Counted from the first letter of the stretch, positions 1-10,138 are shown. The stretch is 64,000 bases of DNA from an uncultured Verrucomicrobiae bacterium (GCA_963772365.1 CAVYXA010000001.1:352001-416000); one strand, 5' to 3'. Made by a program: numbers and translations. Notes: a model not told the origin generated them from the letters alone.

Positions 1-293
1 TCGACAAAGAAAGAATCTCACTGGATATGCGAGCTCGCGTGAATGGGCGGCAATTATCCTGGGGGAATAGTTCCACGCTGTTTCATAGTTTGCCCAAAAT
101 GATCGCTCATGCCGCGCGAGATTCCGATCTTTTTCCCGGCGCGTTGCTTGGGACTGGTGGAGTTGGCGGCGGATGCATTTGGGAGTTGGGTCCGGAAAAT
201 ACTGGCGGCTGGCTCAAGCCGGGCGACGTGGTCGAGTTGGAAATCGAGAGAATCGGCGTGCTACGGACGCGAGTAATCGCACGGAAACAATAA
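1..293 (+). CDS. fumarylacetoacetate hydrolase family protein, C-terminal part (5' truncated by window)
   Basis: FAH C-terminal pattern LFPGALLGTG...WLKPGDVVELEIERIGVLRTRV; lies just upstream of fahA. Confidence 0.8.
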   Translation, partial: DKERISLDMRARVNGRQLSWGNSSTLFHSLPKMIAHAARDSDLFPGALLGTGGVGGGCIWELGPENTGGWLKPGDVVELEIERIGVLRTRVIARKQ

Positions 294-304
294 CTCTGAT
301 TGCG

Positions 305-1222
305 ATGGCAGCTTCCCTTCACGCTTTGCTGAGTCAATCAATCGATTACGCCGGGATGTTCCCGCCCTGCGCTCTCGATTTGGAACCGGCTCTCAAAAAC
401 CAGGCAGAGTATGTCCGTTCGCCTGAATCGTGGATGCTCAGCACGTTTGTTCTTGCGGTGGCGAAGTTCGACAACGCCGTGTCGTTTGTATCAATGTTCG
501 ATCTCAAATATCCGCTGCGCATCTCTGCTCTCGGACCGAAAACCAAAACGGGCGAGGCTTTTCGGACGGCATTGAAGGAGACAGTGGAAGCTATTCGAAA
601 ATTCTCCGGACAGCATGCCGATCGCGTCGAGGTGAACCAGCTAGAAATGCCGGTTCGGTCCGATGTCGATCTTGGCTTACTCGCCGACGCGCGGTCGATC
701 TTTGGTGACATGCAGGTGAATGTGTTTTGGGAAGCGCCGGCGGAAAGCGCCGAACGCGTGATCAAAATGCTAGCCAAACACGAAGCCGAGAATCATGCGA
801 GGCCATTTGGATATAAATTGCGGACAGGAGGAGTGACCGCAGATGCATTCCCGACGTCGGAACAGATTTCGTCAGCACTTGTGGCGGCGGCTCAGCATCA
901 CGTGCGCATCAAGTTTACGGCGGGCCTGCATCATCCGATTCGGCAGTTTCGTGATGAAGTGAAAACCAAAATGCATGGGTTTCTAAATGTGCTCGGGGCG
1001 GGCGTGCTGGCGGCTGAGCACACCTGGGATCAAGGACAAACCTCGGCCATGCTGGAAGACGAAGATCCCGGATCGTTTTCGTTTGATGATACGCTTTTTG
1101 CCTGGCGCGATTGGAAAATTGCCACTCATCGGATCAAGGCACGCCGAAAATTTGTGACTTCGTTCGGCAGTTGCAGTTTCAATGAGCCGCGAGAGGATCT
1201 CCGGACATTAAGATTTCTGTAG
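305..1222 (+). CDS. conserved hypothetical protein of the FAH/tyrosine-catabolism locus
   Basis: Long ORF with likely start ATG 305; motifs IDYAGMFPP, KLRTGG, KFTAGLHHP, SFGSCSF. Confidence 0.7.
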   Translation: MAASLHALLSQSIDYAGMFPPCALDLEPALKNQAEYVRSPESWMLSTFVLAVAKFDNAVSFVSMFDLKYPLRISALGPKTKTGEAFRTALKETVEAIRKFSGQHADRVEVNQLEMPVRSDVDLGLLADARSIFGDMQVNVFWEAPAESAERVIKMLAKHEAENHARPFGYKLRTGGVTADAFPTSEQISSALVAAAQHHVRIKFTAGLHHPIRQFRDEVKTKMHGFLNVLGAGVLAAEHTWDQGQTSAMLEDEDPGSFSFDDTLFAWRDWKIATHRIKARRKFVTSFGSCSFNEPREDLRTLRFL

Positions 1223-1241
1223 CGGCAGTCTGTGACGTCGC
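1218..1241 (+). repeat. GTAG-type REP-like half copy
   Basis: tgtagcggcagtctgtgacgtcgc is nearly identical to the arm of the inverted repeat at 50447-50472; it overlaps the stop codon of the upstream gene. Confidence 0.6.
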
Positions 1242-1410
1242 AACTTTTTGTCGAAGGGAATAGCGGCAGTCATAGCTGATTAGCTTAAGTCCTCCTTAGC
1301 CTTCAGAAATATCGTCAAAATTCCTGTATAAATGAGCTTGACTATTTGGGCCGAAACCAAGTAAGAACCGGTTCGGTCGGGGACTAAACCGAATAATAGG
1401 AGATAAATCT

Positions 1411-2031
1411 ATGAACAAAAAATCACTTCTTGTGATGGCCATGGTCGCGAGCGTGGCCCTGTTTGCGGTCAGCGGTTTCGCCGATACTCGCGATACTCTG
1501 TTTCTCACACCACCGAATGTTGGTCATCAACTCGGCGCAGGCGCCGGCGGTACCCGCGGCGACTATGTCACCATGACCGGGGACTTTGACCTCTTACACA
1601 TCGGCATCCAGGGCGAAATTGCCGTGGGCGCTCAGTTAACATTCAACGCCTATGTATACACCGGAGACGGCTCAACGCAGTTGGCGGTCGGCCCCGATAT
1701 GACCTTTACGGGCGATGGAACTGAGCAGTTCTACAACCTGCCGATTAACTTCACGCTCTTGAGCGGCCAGAGCTATGACATCGGTATCGATTTCCATAGC
1801 TTCAGCGACCCGAACTGGCAGGTTGAATACTACTTCTTCGACGCCAGCGGCAATCCTCCGTTCCAAGTGGGACCGTTCATGGTTACCGACGGCGAAGAGA
1901 GCCACTGCGGCTCTTGCAACATCTTCGCTCCCAACCTCGTCGTCGACAACGTTCCGGAGCCGGGTTCTTTGACGCTTCTGGGCATGGGCATTCTCAGTGT
2001 CATTGGCGTGCTGCGCCGCAAGCTGTTCTAA
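1411..2031 (+). CDS. PEP-CTERM sorting-domain surface protein
   Basis: Signal peptide; C-terminal VPEPGSLTLLGMGILSVIGVLRRK; SD aggag upstream. Confidence 0.9.
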   Translation: MNKKSLLVMAMVASVALFAVSGFADTRDTLFLTPPNVGHQLGAGAGGTRGDYVTMTGDFDLLHIGIQGEIAVGAQLTFNAYVYTGDGSTQLAVGPDMTFTGDGTEQFYNLPINFTLLSGQSYDIGIDFHSFSDPNWQVEYYFFDASGNPPFQVGPFMVTDGEESHCGSCNIFAPNLVVDNVPEPGSLTLLGMGILSVIGVLRRKLF

Positions 2032-2148
2032 AAATCACCATCCGGTGATACATGCTCCGGCGTTTTTGTGTGCTGCGAATAGGTTGGTATTCGGACTATA
2101 TTCTGACGCGGCGCTGAAAGCGTCTGAGCTTTTGCCACGGTTGGCTCT

Positions 2149-2203
2149 GTGGCGCGAGCGCTGTGGATTGAATATGCCGGGGCGCGTTACTGTGATGAGC
2201 CGG
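2149..2203 (+). pseudogene. 5' remnant of a REP-associated (IS200-like Y1/HUH) tyrosine transposase
   Basis: Reads MARALWIEYAGARY, then VMSR after a 2-nt frameshift, resembling the RAYT N-terminus MARPLRIEYPGAxYHVMSRG. Confidence 0.5.
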
Positions 2204-2250
2204 AGCTATGCCGTTGTTGGCGTTTCCTAGAAACGCCCTACAATTGGCCA

Positions 2251-3498
2251 ATGCCGCAACAGAGTTTCATCGAGGTTCCGCGAGATTCGCATTTTCCGTT
2301 GGAGAACCTGCCCTTCGGTGTGTTCAAGCCGCGCGATGGTGACGCGCGGATCGGTGTCGCGATTGGCGAAGAGATTGTCGATCTTTCCGTGCTCGAGGAG
2401 AAAGGCCAGCTCGAGTTTGGCCAGGATCGACATCTCTTTTCCCGAGATTCGCTGAATTTATTTCTCACGCTCGGGCGTCCGGCCTGGCGCAAAGCCCGCC
2501 AGATTATTCAACATCTGCTCGATGCGAATACATCGACACTCCGCGATGATGTCGATCTTCGTTCCCGAGTTTTTCATCGTCAGCGTGATGTCACGATGCA
2601 ATTGCCCGCGCGTATTGGCGATTACACCGATTTTTATTCTTCTTATCAGCACGCGTTCAACGTCGGGACGATGTTTCGCGGGCCCGAGAACGCGCTCATG
2701 CCAAACTGGAAATGGCTGCCGGTGGGATACCATGGACGCGCCAGTTCGATTGTCGTTAGCGGAGCGCACGTTCGGCGCCCCCAAGGGCAAATCAAACCGC
2801 CCGACGCGCCAACTCCGGTATTCGGGCCGACTAAGAGCCTCGATTTCGAACTTGAACTGGCGTTTCTGATTGGGCCCGGCAATCGGCTGGGCGAACCCGT
2901 GCCGGTCGATCGCGCGACGGATCACATCTTCGGTTTCGTCTTGATGAACGATTGGAGTGCGCGCGACATCCAGGCATGGGAATATCAACCACTCGGTCCA
3001 TTTCTGGCCAAGAATTTCTGCACCAGCATCTCGCCCTGGGTCGTAACGATGGAAGCACTCGAGCCATTTCGAAAACCGCTGCCGCCGCAGGAACCTGAGC
3101 CATTGCCCTATTTGCGCGGAAAAAACGATTTTACCTTCGACATCAATCTGGAAGCGCGCCTGCAGACCGCGAAGATGAAGGCGCCGCATACGATCACCCG
3201 TACAAACTTTCGAAATCTTTATTGGAGCATTTGCCAGCAACTCGCTCATCACACCGTGAACGGTTGCAACCTTGAGGCTGGCGATTTGCTGGCCAGTGGC
3301 ACGATCAGCGGCGCCACCGAAGAATCGCGCGGCTGCATGCTGGAGTTAACCTGGCGCGGCGCTAATCCATTGAAGCTGCCCGACGGTGAAACCCGCAAAT
3401 GGCTTGAGGATGGCGACACGCTGTCGATCACCGGCTGGTGCCAGGGGGACGGCTATCGCGTCGGCTTTGGCGAGGTAAGCGGAAAAATAGTGTCGTGA
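2251..3498 (+). CDS. fahA: fumarylacetoacetase
   Basis: Motifs FPLENLPFG, GDYTDFYSS.HAFNVG, YHGRASS, DFELE, NDWSARDIQ, GDLLASGTISG; likely start ATG 2251. Confidence 0.95.
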   Translation: MPQQSFIEVPRDSHFPLENLPFGVFKPRDGDARIGVAIGEEIVDLSVLEEKGQLEFGQDRHLFSRDSLNLFLTLGRPAWRKARQIIQHLLDANTSTLRDDVDLRSRVFHRQRDVTMQLPARIGDYTDFYSSYQHAFNVGTMFRGPENALMPNWKWLPVGYHGRASSIVVSGAHVRRPQGQIKPPDAPTPVFGPTKSLDFELELAFLIGPGNRLGEPVPVDRATDHIFGFVLMNDWSARDIQAWEYQPLGPFLAKNFCTSISPWVVTMEALEPFRKPLPPQEPEPLPYLRGKNDFTFDINLEARLQTAKMKAPHTITRTNFRNLYWSICQQLAHHTVNGCNLEAGDLLASGTISGATEESRGCMLELTWRGANPLKLPDGETRKWLEDGDTLSITGWCQGDGYRVGFGEVSGKIVS

Positions 3499-3961
3499 CT
3501 ACGGTATCATTCCAACCGTACGCGCCGCGATCATTTCGATTCATCGAGCTGCTGAAGATCGATGATTGGCGGATGAAACTCTACGGGATCGCGTGGAAAG
3601 CCGAACTGCCGAGAAAAGAATTGATCGAAGCGGCTAAACTTATCGCCGCCGATGTTCTGGCCCGCGAGACGGCAAACAACTATAAACTCGGATTCATCGG
3701 CGCACACGATGGCCGCGGCGCTTGCTTTGTCTTTGTCGATCTTGGGGAAATGAGAACGATTTGTTTCATCGGGTGTCTCTCTCCCGCTTGGATGAGCCGC
3801 AAAAGCTGGAGCCGTGGCGGGCAGGTGATTCCTCCGTGTGCGTATGGGATTTGCGTCTGCAAAACTTCGAGCGCGAAGCCTGGATCAGACATGTGCTCAA
3901 AAAATCGGATGCGCCGGATTTCGAGGGTTATTTGAGCGAGCGATTGAATGAGGTCGCCTAA
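3495..3961 (+). CDS. hypothetical protein, one frameshift near 3740
   Basis: ORFs 3438-3935 and 3722-3961 join into one coherent protein (...FVFVD/WGNENDL...EREAWIRHVL); GTG start overlaps the fahA stop. Confidence 0.55.
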
Positions 3962-4008
3962 GATTTCCCCTCGATCTGGCTGTGCTATGGTTCAAACCGA
4001 CAATACTA

Positions 4009-4048
<40 letters not shown>

Positions 4049-4227
4049 TCAAGAACGTGTTTTTGCGCGGGTTTTCATCGGCTTGCGCACGGTTGCAGAC
4101 GCCAGGTGATTGGCCATTTAGCATTCGCGCTGCGTTGCGCAGAATTGCGCCCGTTTACACGAAAAGGACTGGCACACCGTAGAAAACGACCGTGAAAAGA
4201 CTCATTCTCTTTTTGCCAGCATGTAGC

Positions 4228-4713
4228 TCAAGCCGGCAAATGCGTTTCTCCGTGCCTTAACTCCGCAAGCTGTTCATCGAACGTCATCGCTTTGATGTGC
4301 GCATGGATGTGCTGGTGGTCATGCTCGTGCCGAATCACCAATGCCGGGTCGCCGGACAGCGCCTGGAGTTTGTCAACGCAGACACCGAAGACCGGAACGA
4401 GCTGCACGCCTTTGATCTTGCCCGCTGCTACGGCATCTTCGATTTGGTCAATTGAAGCTTGGGCAACACGTGCGGCACTTGCAGCAAGCTCTTGTTTACG
4501 TGCGCTTATAGACTCAGCCTCGCGCGCTTCAACCGCCCGGACCGTCTCTCGCGTCACATAACACGCGCGACAGATTTTCCGCGCCGATACCCCCTCGCTT
4601 AGTAACCGCATTAGTTCCCGGTAAATGCGCGGACGTTCGCGCAAGAGACGCTCGCCAGTGTAGTTGCCCTTCGGCCTCGGCTGATTCCTCAATGAGTCGT
4701 TCTCGGCTGGCAT
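4228..4713 (-). CDS. hypothetical HTH-like protein of the element
   Basis: 161 aa; HTH-like segment LSEGVSARKICRACYVTRETVRAV. Confidence 0.55.
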   Translation of the reverse strand: MPAENDSLRNQPRPKGNYTGERLLRERPRIYRELMRLLSEGVSARKICRACYVTRETVRAVEAREAESISARKQELAASAARVAQASIDQIEDAVAAGKIKGVQLVPVFGVCVDKLQALSGDPALVIRHEHDHQHIHAHIKAMTFDEQLAELRHGETHLPA

Positions 4714-4847
4714 TACGTTCGCCTGAACGTTTACGCCTTACTTTGAGCAAACGCAACAGCCTTAAATGATAGCGAATCGAAGCAAAATGTCGGCGACCAT
4801 TTTTACTCTTGAAGCGCCCCGCATGGCGACGACAAGATGATGCCATT

Positions 4848-5306
4848 ATGAATGTCGCCCGTCATTTTGCCGCAACTTGCGCGGTTGTTTGTATTGTGAG
4901 CCATGCTCTAGCTGGCGAGTTTTCCGATCGAGACGGCAATTGGTGGAACACGCGTTCGAATACAGAGAAGGCTATCTACACATTAGGAATGATCGACGGC
5001 GTCGAGACTGCTGGCGCAATGCTGACACAAAAAAGCCGAAGTGTCTCAGATGACTTCGAAAGCGATTTCGCGCGATTGTTTGTAAAGACAGAAGTCAAGC
5101 AACTAAGGGAAGGAATGGATCGCTTCTACAGTGACTTTCGCAATCGCCGCGTCCCCACTTCCGACGCTTTATGGCTGGTCGCTTTGCAGATCAGCGGCGT
5201 ACCTGAAGATGAAGTCGAGCGACTTACAGTTTCGGTAAGGCGGGCGTCGTCCGAGGCTAACGCTATTGAGTTAAAGAAGGAAAAGGAAAAACTGTCACCG
5301 CCCTGA
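4848..5306 (+). CDS. exported hypothetical protein
   Basis: Signal peptide-like N-terminus ending HALA; likely start ATG 4848. Confidence 0.55.
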   Translation: MNVARHFAATCAVVCIVSHALAGEFSDRDGNWWNTRSNTEKAIYTLGMIDGVETAGAMLTQKSRSVSDDFESDFARLFVKTEVKQLREGMDRFYSDFRNRRVPTSDALWLVALQISGVPEDEVERLTVSVRRASSEANAIELKKEKEKLSPP

Positions 5307-5361
5307 GACTGTGGCTCAGAGCTACGGCGAAGGCCAACAAATCAGTGTCCGGACGCCGCCA

Positions 5362-5811
5362 ATGAAACGTTTCTTTGTCGCGCTCATCGCCTTGCTGATT
5401 TGTTGGTGCGCAAACGTCGAGTACACCGCTTATTCGGGCAGGCAACAAGATTGGCCGGTCGCCAGGGGTTCATTTGTGCAACGCAAGTTCGATGTGCCGC
5501 TTTATTTGGGGCCGCCTGATAAACCGTACCGGGTGATTGGTTCTATTGAAACCGCAGCTCCGATAGGGATTTTCGAGAGCGGTTATAGCGAGACGCTCCG
5601 GCCAGCCGCCAGAGAAGCCCGCAGGCATGGAGCAGATGCGATCGTGTTACTGGGGCGCGAGACGAATGTAACTGGGATGCTCAGCACAAGCTCCGCGTCT
5701 GCCAGCATTCGCGCTGTTGGCAATACGGCTTCCGGCAGCGCTTGGGGTTGGGGAGCAACGACGCCAATGCGACAAGCCCGCGCCCGCGTTCTCGCTATTC
5801 AATTTTTGTAA
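5362..5811 (+). CDS. putative lipoprotein with YbjQ-like motif
   Basis: MKRFFVALIALLICWC signal; YRVIG...ARRHGADAIV. Confidence 0.6.
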   Translation: MKRFFVALIALLICWCANVEYTAYSGRQQDWPVARGSFVQRKFDVPLYLGPPDKPYRVIGSIETAAPIGIFESGYSETLRPAAREARRHGADAIVLLGRETNVTGMLSTSSASASIRAVGNTASGSAWGWGATTPMRQARARVLAIQFL

Positions 5812-5924
5812 TCAACCGGCGGCGCTATTTTTCTCGGCGTTTGATGTTCTTCAGATACCAACGAGAAGGGAACGTTCAAAGAGGCCGGATAGCTCACGGG
5901 CAAGCGCAAAAATCGGAGCCCGTC

Positions 5925-6365
5925 TTAAGGATTGAAGTTATAGTATTTTCCACCCCATTCTCGGGGATTGTACGTCGTACCATTGGGTCCGACCCATCTG
6001 ACCGGGTGTTCGGGAGTGATTCCCATCTGTGACAAATAGCGTTGCCGTTTCACCTCCGAAGTAAACGTGATGGGCACAGTGAAGACCTTACCCTTGTATG
6101 AGACAGCAACCTTAGATGCACTTCCCGCGTACAGCTTTAAGCGCGTCTTCTCGGCAATCACAATGTCGCCTGACTTTAGATGAATCTTGGTGGGATGCGT
6201 TACAACCAGGGTGCCGTATTGCCAACCAGTCGATGGTTCTGGATCGATAAAACCGAGCGCATCGGTTTGAGCGGAGCTATTTTTCGCGGCATAATGAGAC
6301 TGAGCACCGGCTGGCGACGCTCCGACAGTCCAAAATGCGATCACAGCAAGAATAACGATGTGCAT
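5925..6365 (-). CDS. exported hypothetical protein
   Basis: Signal peptide MHIVILAVIAFWTVGASPAGA. Confidence 0.5.
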   Translation of the reverse strand: MHIVILAVIAFWTVGASPAGAQSHYAAKNSSAQTDALGFIDPEPSTGWQYGTLVVTHPTKIHLKSGDIVIAEKTRLKLYAGSASKVAVSYKGKVFTVPITFTSEVKRQRYLSQMGITPEHPVRWVGPNGTTYNPREWGGKYYNFNP

Positions 6366-7063
6366 GCTATCCTTGTAACGAGAAAGAGCTGAGCCAGCAA
6401 TCAATAATCGCCCCACGGTGACTGTGATTTCACCAACCAATCAAACCAGTTTTCTCGCCCGTTCCAATCGTGACCGCAGATCCTCCAGTACATGTCTTCA
6501 TGGATTTTCCTAAGATTTATTTCGTTCACCAGAACCAACGCGATTTTTGTCCACGCTTGGCGCTAGGATAAAGAAAAGCCCAGCGTAAAATACGGCTAAC
6601 GCGAAAACAGGTACGCGGACATCGTTGATCATGTTGTCGTTCATAAGAGTTCTCGTTTCGACATGGTATGAAAAGCCACTACCTACTACATCCTTCCTAT
6701 GCGACTCGGCTGGAGAAATTCTGGGTATTGCTCATCAGTTGCTATGTAATGCAGGCCGATGATCACGCTAAACGGCGGCATACTCCGCCCGTCGAGCGCT
6801 GGCTTGTCGGGTCTGCTGTTCACCACAGGAACAAAATAGAAGAGCACCGACAATCAGCGAGCTGCCTTTGTGATACGAACTCTTCGCCAAAACGCCCAAA
6901 CTAATGCCCTGCCTTAGTTCTGAAGCGAGTCCTTTTCTCGCCTGTAAAAAGCAAACTCTTTGAATCCAACGTCGGCACAGCCTTACCGTAATCAGCGCGC
7001 CAAAAAGAGCCTCAGTCCATTCCGAATCTAAAGCAGTCGCTTCGTCGAACAGAAACATCTTAT

Positions 7064-7432
7064 TCACTTCCAGACGATTGCTTTTGCTCGGTATTGAATA
7101 TCCGTAAAGCTACCGCCCTCTCCACCCCATCGGCTAAATCCGAAATGCCAACCGCCCTCCTTTGTCGCTGACTCTATGTAAACAGCATCTGCCCCATGTT
7201 TGGCGGCTTCGATTCGCATCCCTTTGACGGCTTCCGCTTCAGTCTCATACTTTCCCGCAGGCGGAGTAATGATTCCGATGACGCGATGAGCTTTCTCGGG
7301 TGGCGCTTCGAAATATTGAACATGCTCCATCGTTACAGCTGCATGCGAATTCCCTTGCGGTATCCACATCTCTGGGCCGCCGCACGAAGCGAGCATCGCG
7401 AGCGAAAGTAGGAAAACGATTTTCTTCAACAC
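7064..7432 (-). CDS. putative lipoprotein with YbjQ-like motif
   Basis: Lipobox LASC; HRVIG...AAKHGADAVY, similar to 5362-5811. Confidence 0.65.
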   Translation of the reverse strand: MLKKIVFLLSLAMLASCGGPEMWIPQGNSHAAVTMEHVQYFEAPPEKAHRVIGIITPPAGKYETEAEAVKGMRIEAAKHGADAVYIESATKEGGWHFGFSRWGGEGGSFTDIQYRAKAIVWK

Positions 7433-7574
7433 GGCGCTATTGAAGCAATGTTTGCCGTTTAGATGCCAGCTTTTTCTTCCCGTTTCGTCCGTCCAGCTTC
7501 GGTGAGTGTCTGCAACGTTTGACCGCTCCCGATCTTGTCAATTGCTTCTCACCGTCGAGAATCGGCTTCGTTCC

Positions 7575-7747
7575 CGTTTCCTGTGTATAGGCACGTAAAT
7601 AGGAAACGAAACAAGACGCATGGAAACGAGCTGGAAACGAACAGAAAATGAATGGCCGTTTTCCCCAGCTAGAGAGGGAAATGAGCGGGAAACGAATGAC
7701 GCCATAATGGAAACGAAGGAACGGTAAAATTATAGTTCCTCGTTTCC
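7575..7747. repeat. GGAAACGA iteron cluster, candidate replication origin
   Basis: Direct copies at 7602, 7622, 7633, 7688 and 7709; inverted copies at 7575 (7 nt) and 7740; located at the 3' end of the primase-helicase. Confidence 0.6.
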
Positions 7748-9643
7748 ATCTGCGCGCTGCACGAGCGCATAGTCCCGACCGTCTTTTTTCAGCCATCCTT
7801 CACGAAAGCCTTTGGCCGCCCATTTCGAGATTGTTCCTTTGGATACTTTCATTTCTTCGGCGAGTTGGCTGCAATCGGTCACACCATCCTCAATCCATTT
7901 CCTGAAGACCTGCAATGACTCCGCCAGCTTGTGCGAAATGCTGACTGTACCTGATGTCTCGGTCACAAAGTGCCATTCGTATGCGGGGACTTCCTCTTGC
8001 GTATTCCGGCTTGGTTTGGTGAACCGGGAGATAAACCGCGCGCCTCGCTTGTCGTCCGCGTTCTGCTTGGCATCGTCCAGCGCGATAATCCAAAACACGT
8101 TATCTTCGCGCTTGCTCGTGCCGCGCATTTCACCGGAGCGCCCGGCGTGATGCACGATGACGACCGCAATCTTTCGGCGCCGTAAGTCCAAGAGCCAGTG
8201 GTTAACTTGCTCCCAACTGTCGGCTTCGTTCTCTCTCACACCGCTGGCAAGAGTTGAAAGGTTGTCCAGGATCAACGCCTTTATCCCGCTGGTGACGCAA
8301 CGGGCCGTGATCGCTTGTTGCATTTCAGGGTTCGCGATATTGAGCACTCGGCCAGCCCGTTCAAACAAGATTTCATGATTCAAAAAGTGAAGGTTTCCAT
8401 TGCTCGCGTGTAGTCCTTCAGATCTGCCGCGCATCAGATCCGGCGGCATCTCGCCATCGATGTAGAGGACATTGACTGGCGCATGCGCCGGCCAATCCCC
8501 AAGTTTTCCACCGGTGGATAACGCCTGAGCTATGCCCAGAGCAAGCCACGTCTTGCCGACACCGCGAAAGGCGAAGATAAATCCGAGATCGCCTTCGGAG
8601 AACCAGTCGCCAAGGAGTTTCTTTCGTGGAACCAAGTTGAGATCGCGCAACTCGCTCGATGTGACGACAGACTCATTGAGCGCATCGATCCATGACTTCT
8701 CCGGCTCGAAAACGACTTCGGCGTTCTTCATGGCGGCGAGCAGGTCATCGACAGTCGCACCCGCGCGCGTCCAATCGTTAAGGTCTTTGAATTGCTGCGG
8801 CGTTTTGGGCCAAAGCACCTTTCTCTCCGCGTGTGCCGCTACATCCTTGAGCCATTCATCACCCGCGCGCTTCCCGTTCTTCAATTCGTCGTTCTGTTTC
8901 CACGCGTAAACGGTCGTCCCGGCCGGGATTAGTCCAGCCACAAGCGCACCGTTTCGCGCGCCACGAGTGACAATGACTCCGGTACGTTCGCCGGATTTGT
9001 TCATAAAGGAGAAAGCGTCAAAGTAACTCTCGAAAATATGAACGGGTTCATTTGGGAGCAATTGGCCGATGATAAGCGGGCGCACCTTTGCGCCTTGCGG
9101 ATAGTATCGCCATGATCCGTCTTTCAGGCGGTAATGAACGGCAACAACTTTGTCCACGTGATCGCGTACGGGAAATGCAATGCAGCCGTCATAAAAGCCA
9201 ACAAGCCCGTTCTCTTTCGGCCAGGAACAAAACTCGATTGAGTAGCCGCGCCCGTTCGCGAGCTGTTCAATCTGATTCTCTGTGAAAGCAAGCACGCACG
9301 CACGCCAGTCCAGCGGCGATGTCGATCTTGCTGCCGATGCTTGGTTTGGAGCCGAAAGTGCAGCGCCGTTTCCTCCAGCTAACTCCAGAAACAGCTTTGT
9401 CGCGACGTTGTTCGAAACGTTGCGATGCTTTTCCAGAAAGGTGATTTCATCGCCCTCGCCGCAACCCGAATGACATTTCCAGAACCATAGTCCGGCCCCG
9501 TTCTTCCAAACGGAAAAGGAATTGTGTTTGTCATCGTGAAACGGACAACGCGCGGATTTCTTTGCGTGTTCGCCGACTCCAAGTCGATACATTAAGGTCG
9601 GAAGCGACAGCCGTTGCTTTGCCTCGCGAATGTCCGCGCTCAT
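7730..9643 (-). CDS. primase-helicase (CHC2 zinc finger + TOPRIM-like + AAA/SF4 helicase)
   Basis: CPFHDD...WKCHSGC; IFESYFD and DLNDW; Walker A AFRGVGKT; Walker B ILDNL; HHAGR. Confidence 0.85.
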   Translation of the reverse strand: MSADIREAKQRLSLPTLMYRLGVGEHAKKSARCPFHDDKHNSFSVWKNGAGLWFWKCHSGCGEGDEITFLEKHRNVSNNVATKLFLELAGGNGAALSAPNQASAARSTSPLDWRACVLAFTENQIEQLANGRGYSIEFCSWPKENGLVGFYDGCIAFPVRDHVDKVVAVHYRLKDGSWRYYPQGAKVRPLIIGQLLPNEPVHIFESYFDAFSFMNKSGERTGVIVTRGARNGALVAGLIPAGTTVYAWKQNDELKNGKRAGDEWLKDVAAHAERKVLWPKTPQQFKDLNDWTRAGATVDDLLAAMKNAEVVFEPEKSWIDALNESVVTSSELRDLNLVPRKKLLGDWFSEGDLGFIFAFRGVGKTWLALGIAQALSTGGKLGDWPAHAPVNVLYIDGEMPPDLMRGRSEGLHASNGNLHFLNHEILFERAGRVLNIANPEMQQAITARCVTSGIKALILDNLSTLASGVRENEADSWEQVNHWLLDLRRRKIAVVIVHHAGRSGEMRGTSKREDNVFWIIALDDAKQNADDKRGARFISRFTKPSRNTQEEVPAYEWHFVTETSGTVSISHKLAESLQVFRKWIEDGVTDCSQLAEEMKVSKGTISKWAAKGFREGWLKKDGRDYALVQRADGNEEL

Positions 9644-9804
9644 TGGTTGTCGATCCTGTCTTGGAGTCGCGCTTTGACTTGTTCGATCTTCCAAAAGACG
9701 AAGCTGGACGGCGCTTGCACAAAGCTGAGCAGACGATATGCTGCCATTAGTTCAGCAGTTTTGAGCGCGGCTTGCAGGCCGCGTTCTTCTTTTGGCGCTG
9801 TCAC
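9640..9804 (-). CDS. small hypothetical protein, translationally coupled (54 aa)
   Basis: GTG start overlaps the Xis-like stop (GTGA) and its TGA overlaps the primase ATG (ATGA). Confidence 0.45.
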   Translation of the reverse strand: MTAPKEERGLQAALKTAELMAAYRLLSFVQAPSSFVFWKIEQVKARLQDRIDNQ

Positions 9805-10097
9805 GATTGACCTCCGGTCTCGCCCGCGCTCGCCTTTTGTGGGTTGTAGTCGGCAGCTCGCGCCAGGAAACGATCAACTTCGGCGCGCGGAATCAGTAAT
9901 CTTCCAGCGTCGGAAATTGGTTTGACGCGTCCCGCGTAAATCTGTCGGTAGGCGTACGTCGGCGATCTCCCGACGGCTGCGGCAAACTCCCGCGGACTGA
10001 AAGCGAGCCGCTCGTTTAGGTTAACTGCTTCTGGTTTACGCGCAGGACGCGATTGCGTCTGCGCCCGATGTGTTTCTTTTTGTTTGTCGTATTGCAT
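9801..10097 (-). CDS. excisionase-like / AlpA-like winged HTH protein
   Basis: LAFSPREFAAAVGRSPTYAYRQIYAGRVK...GRLLIPRAEVDRFL. Confidence 0.7.
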   Translation of the reverse strand: MQYDKQKETHRAQTQSRPARKPEAVNLNERLAFSPREFAAAVGRSPTYAYRQIYAGRVKPISDAGRLLIPRAEVDRFLARAADYNPQKASAGETGGQS

Positions 10098-10138
10098 CGT
10101 CTTTTTCCAGAACGATGCGACGCGACACGGTTTAATCG

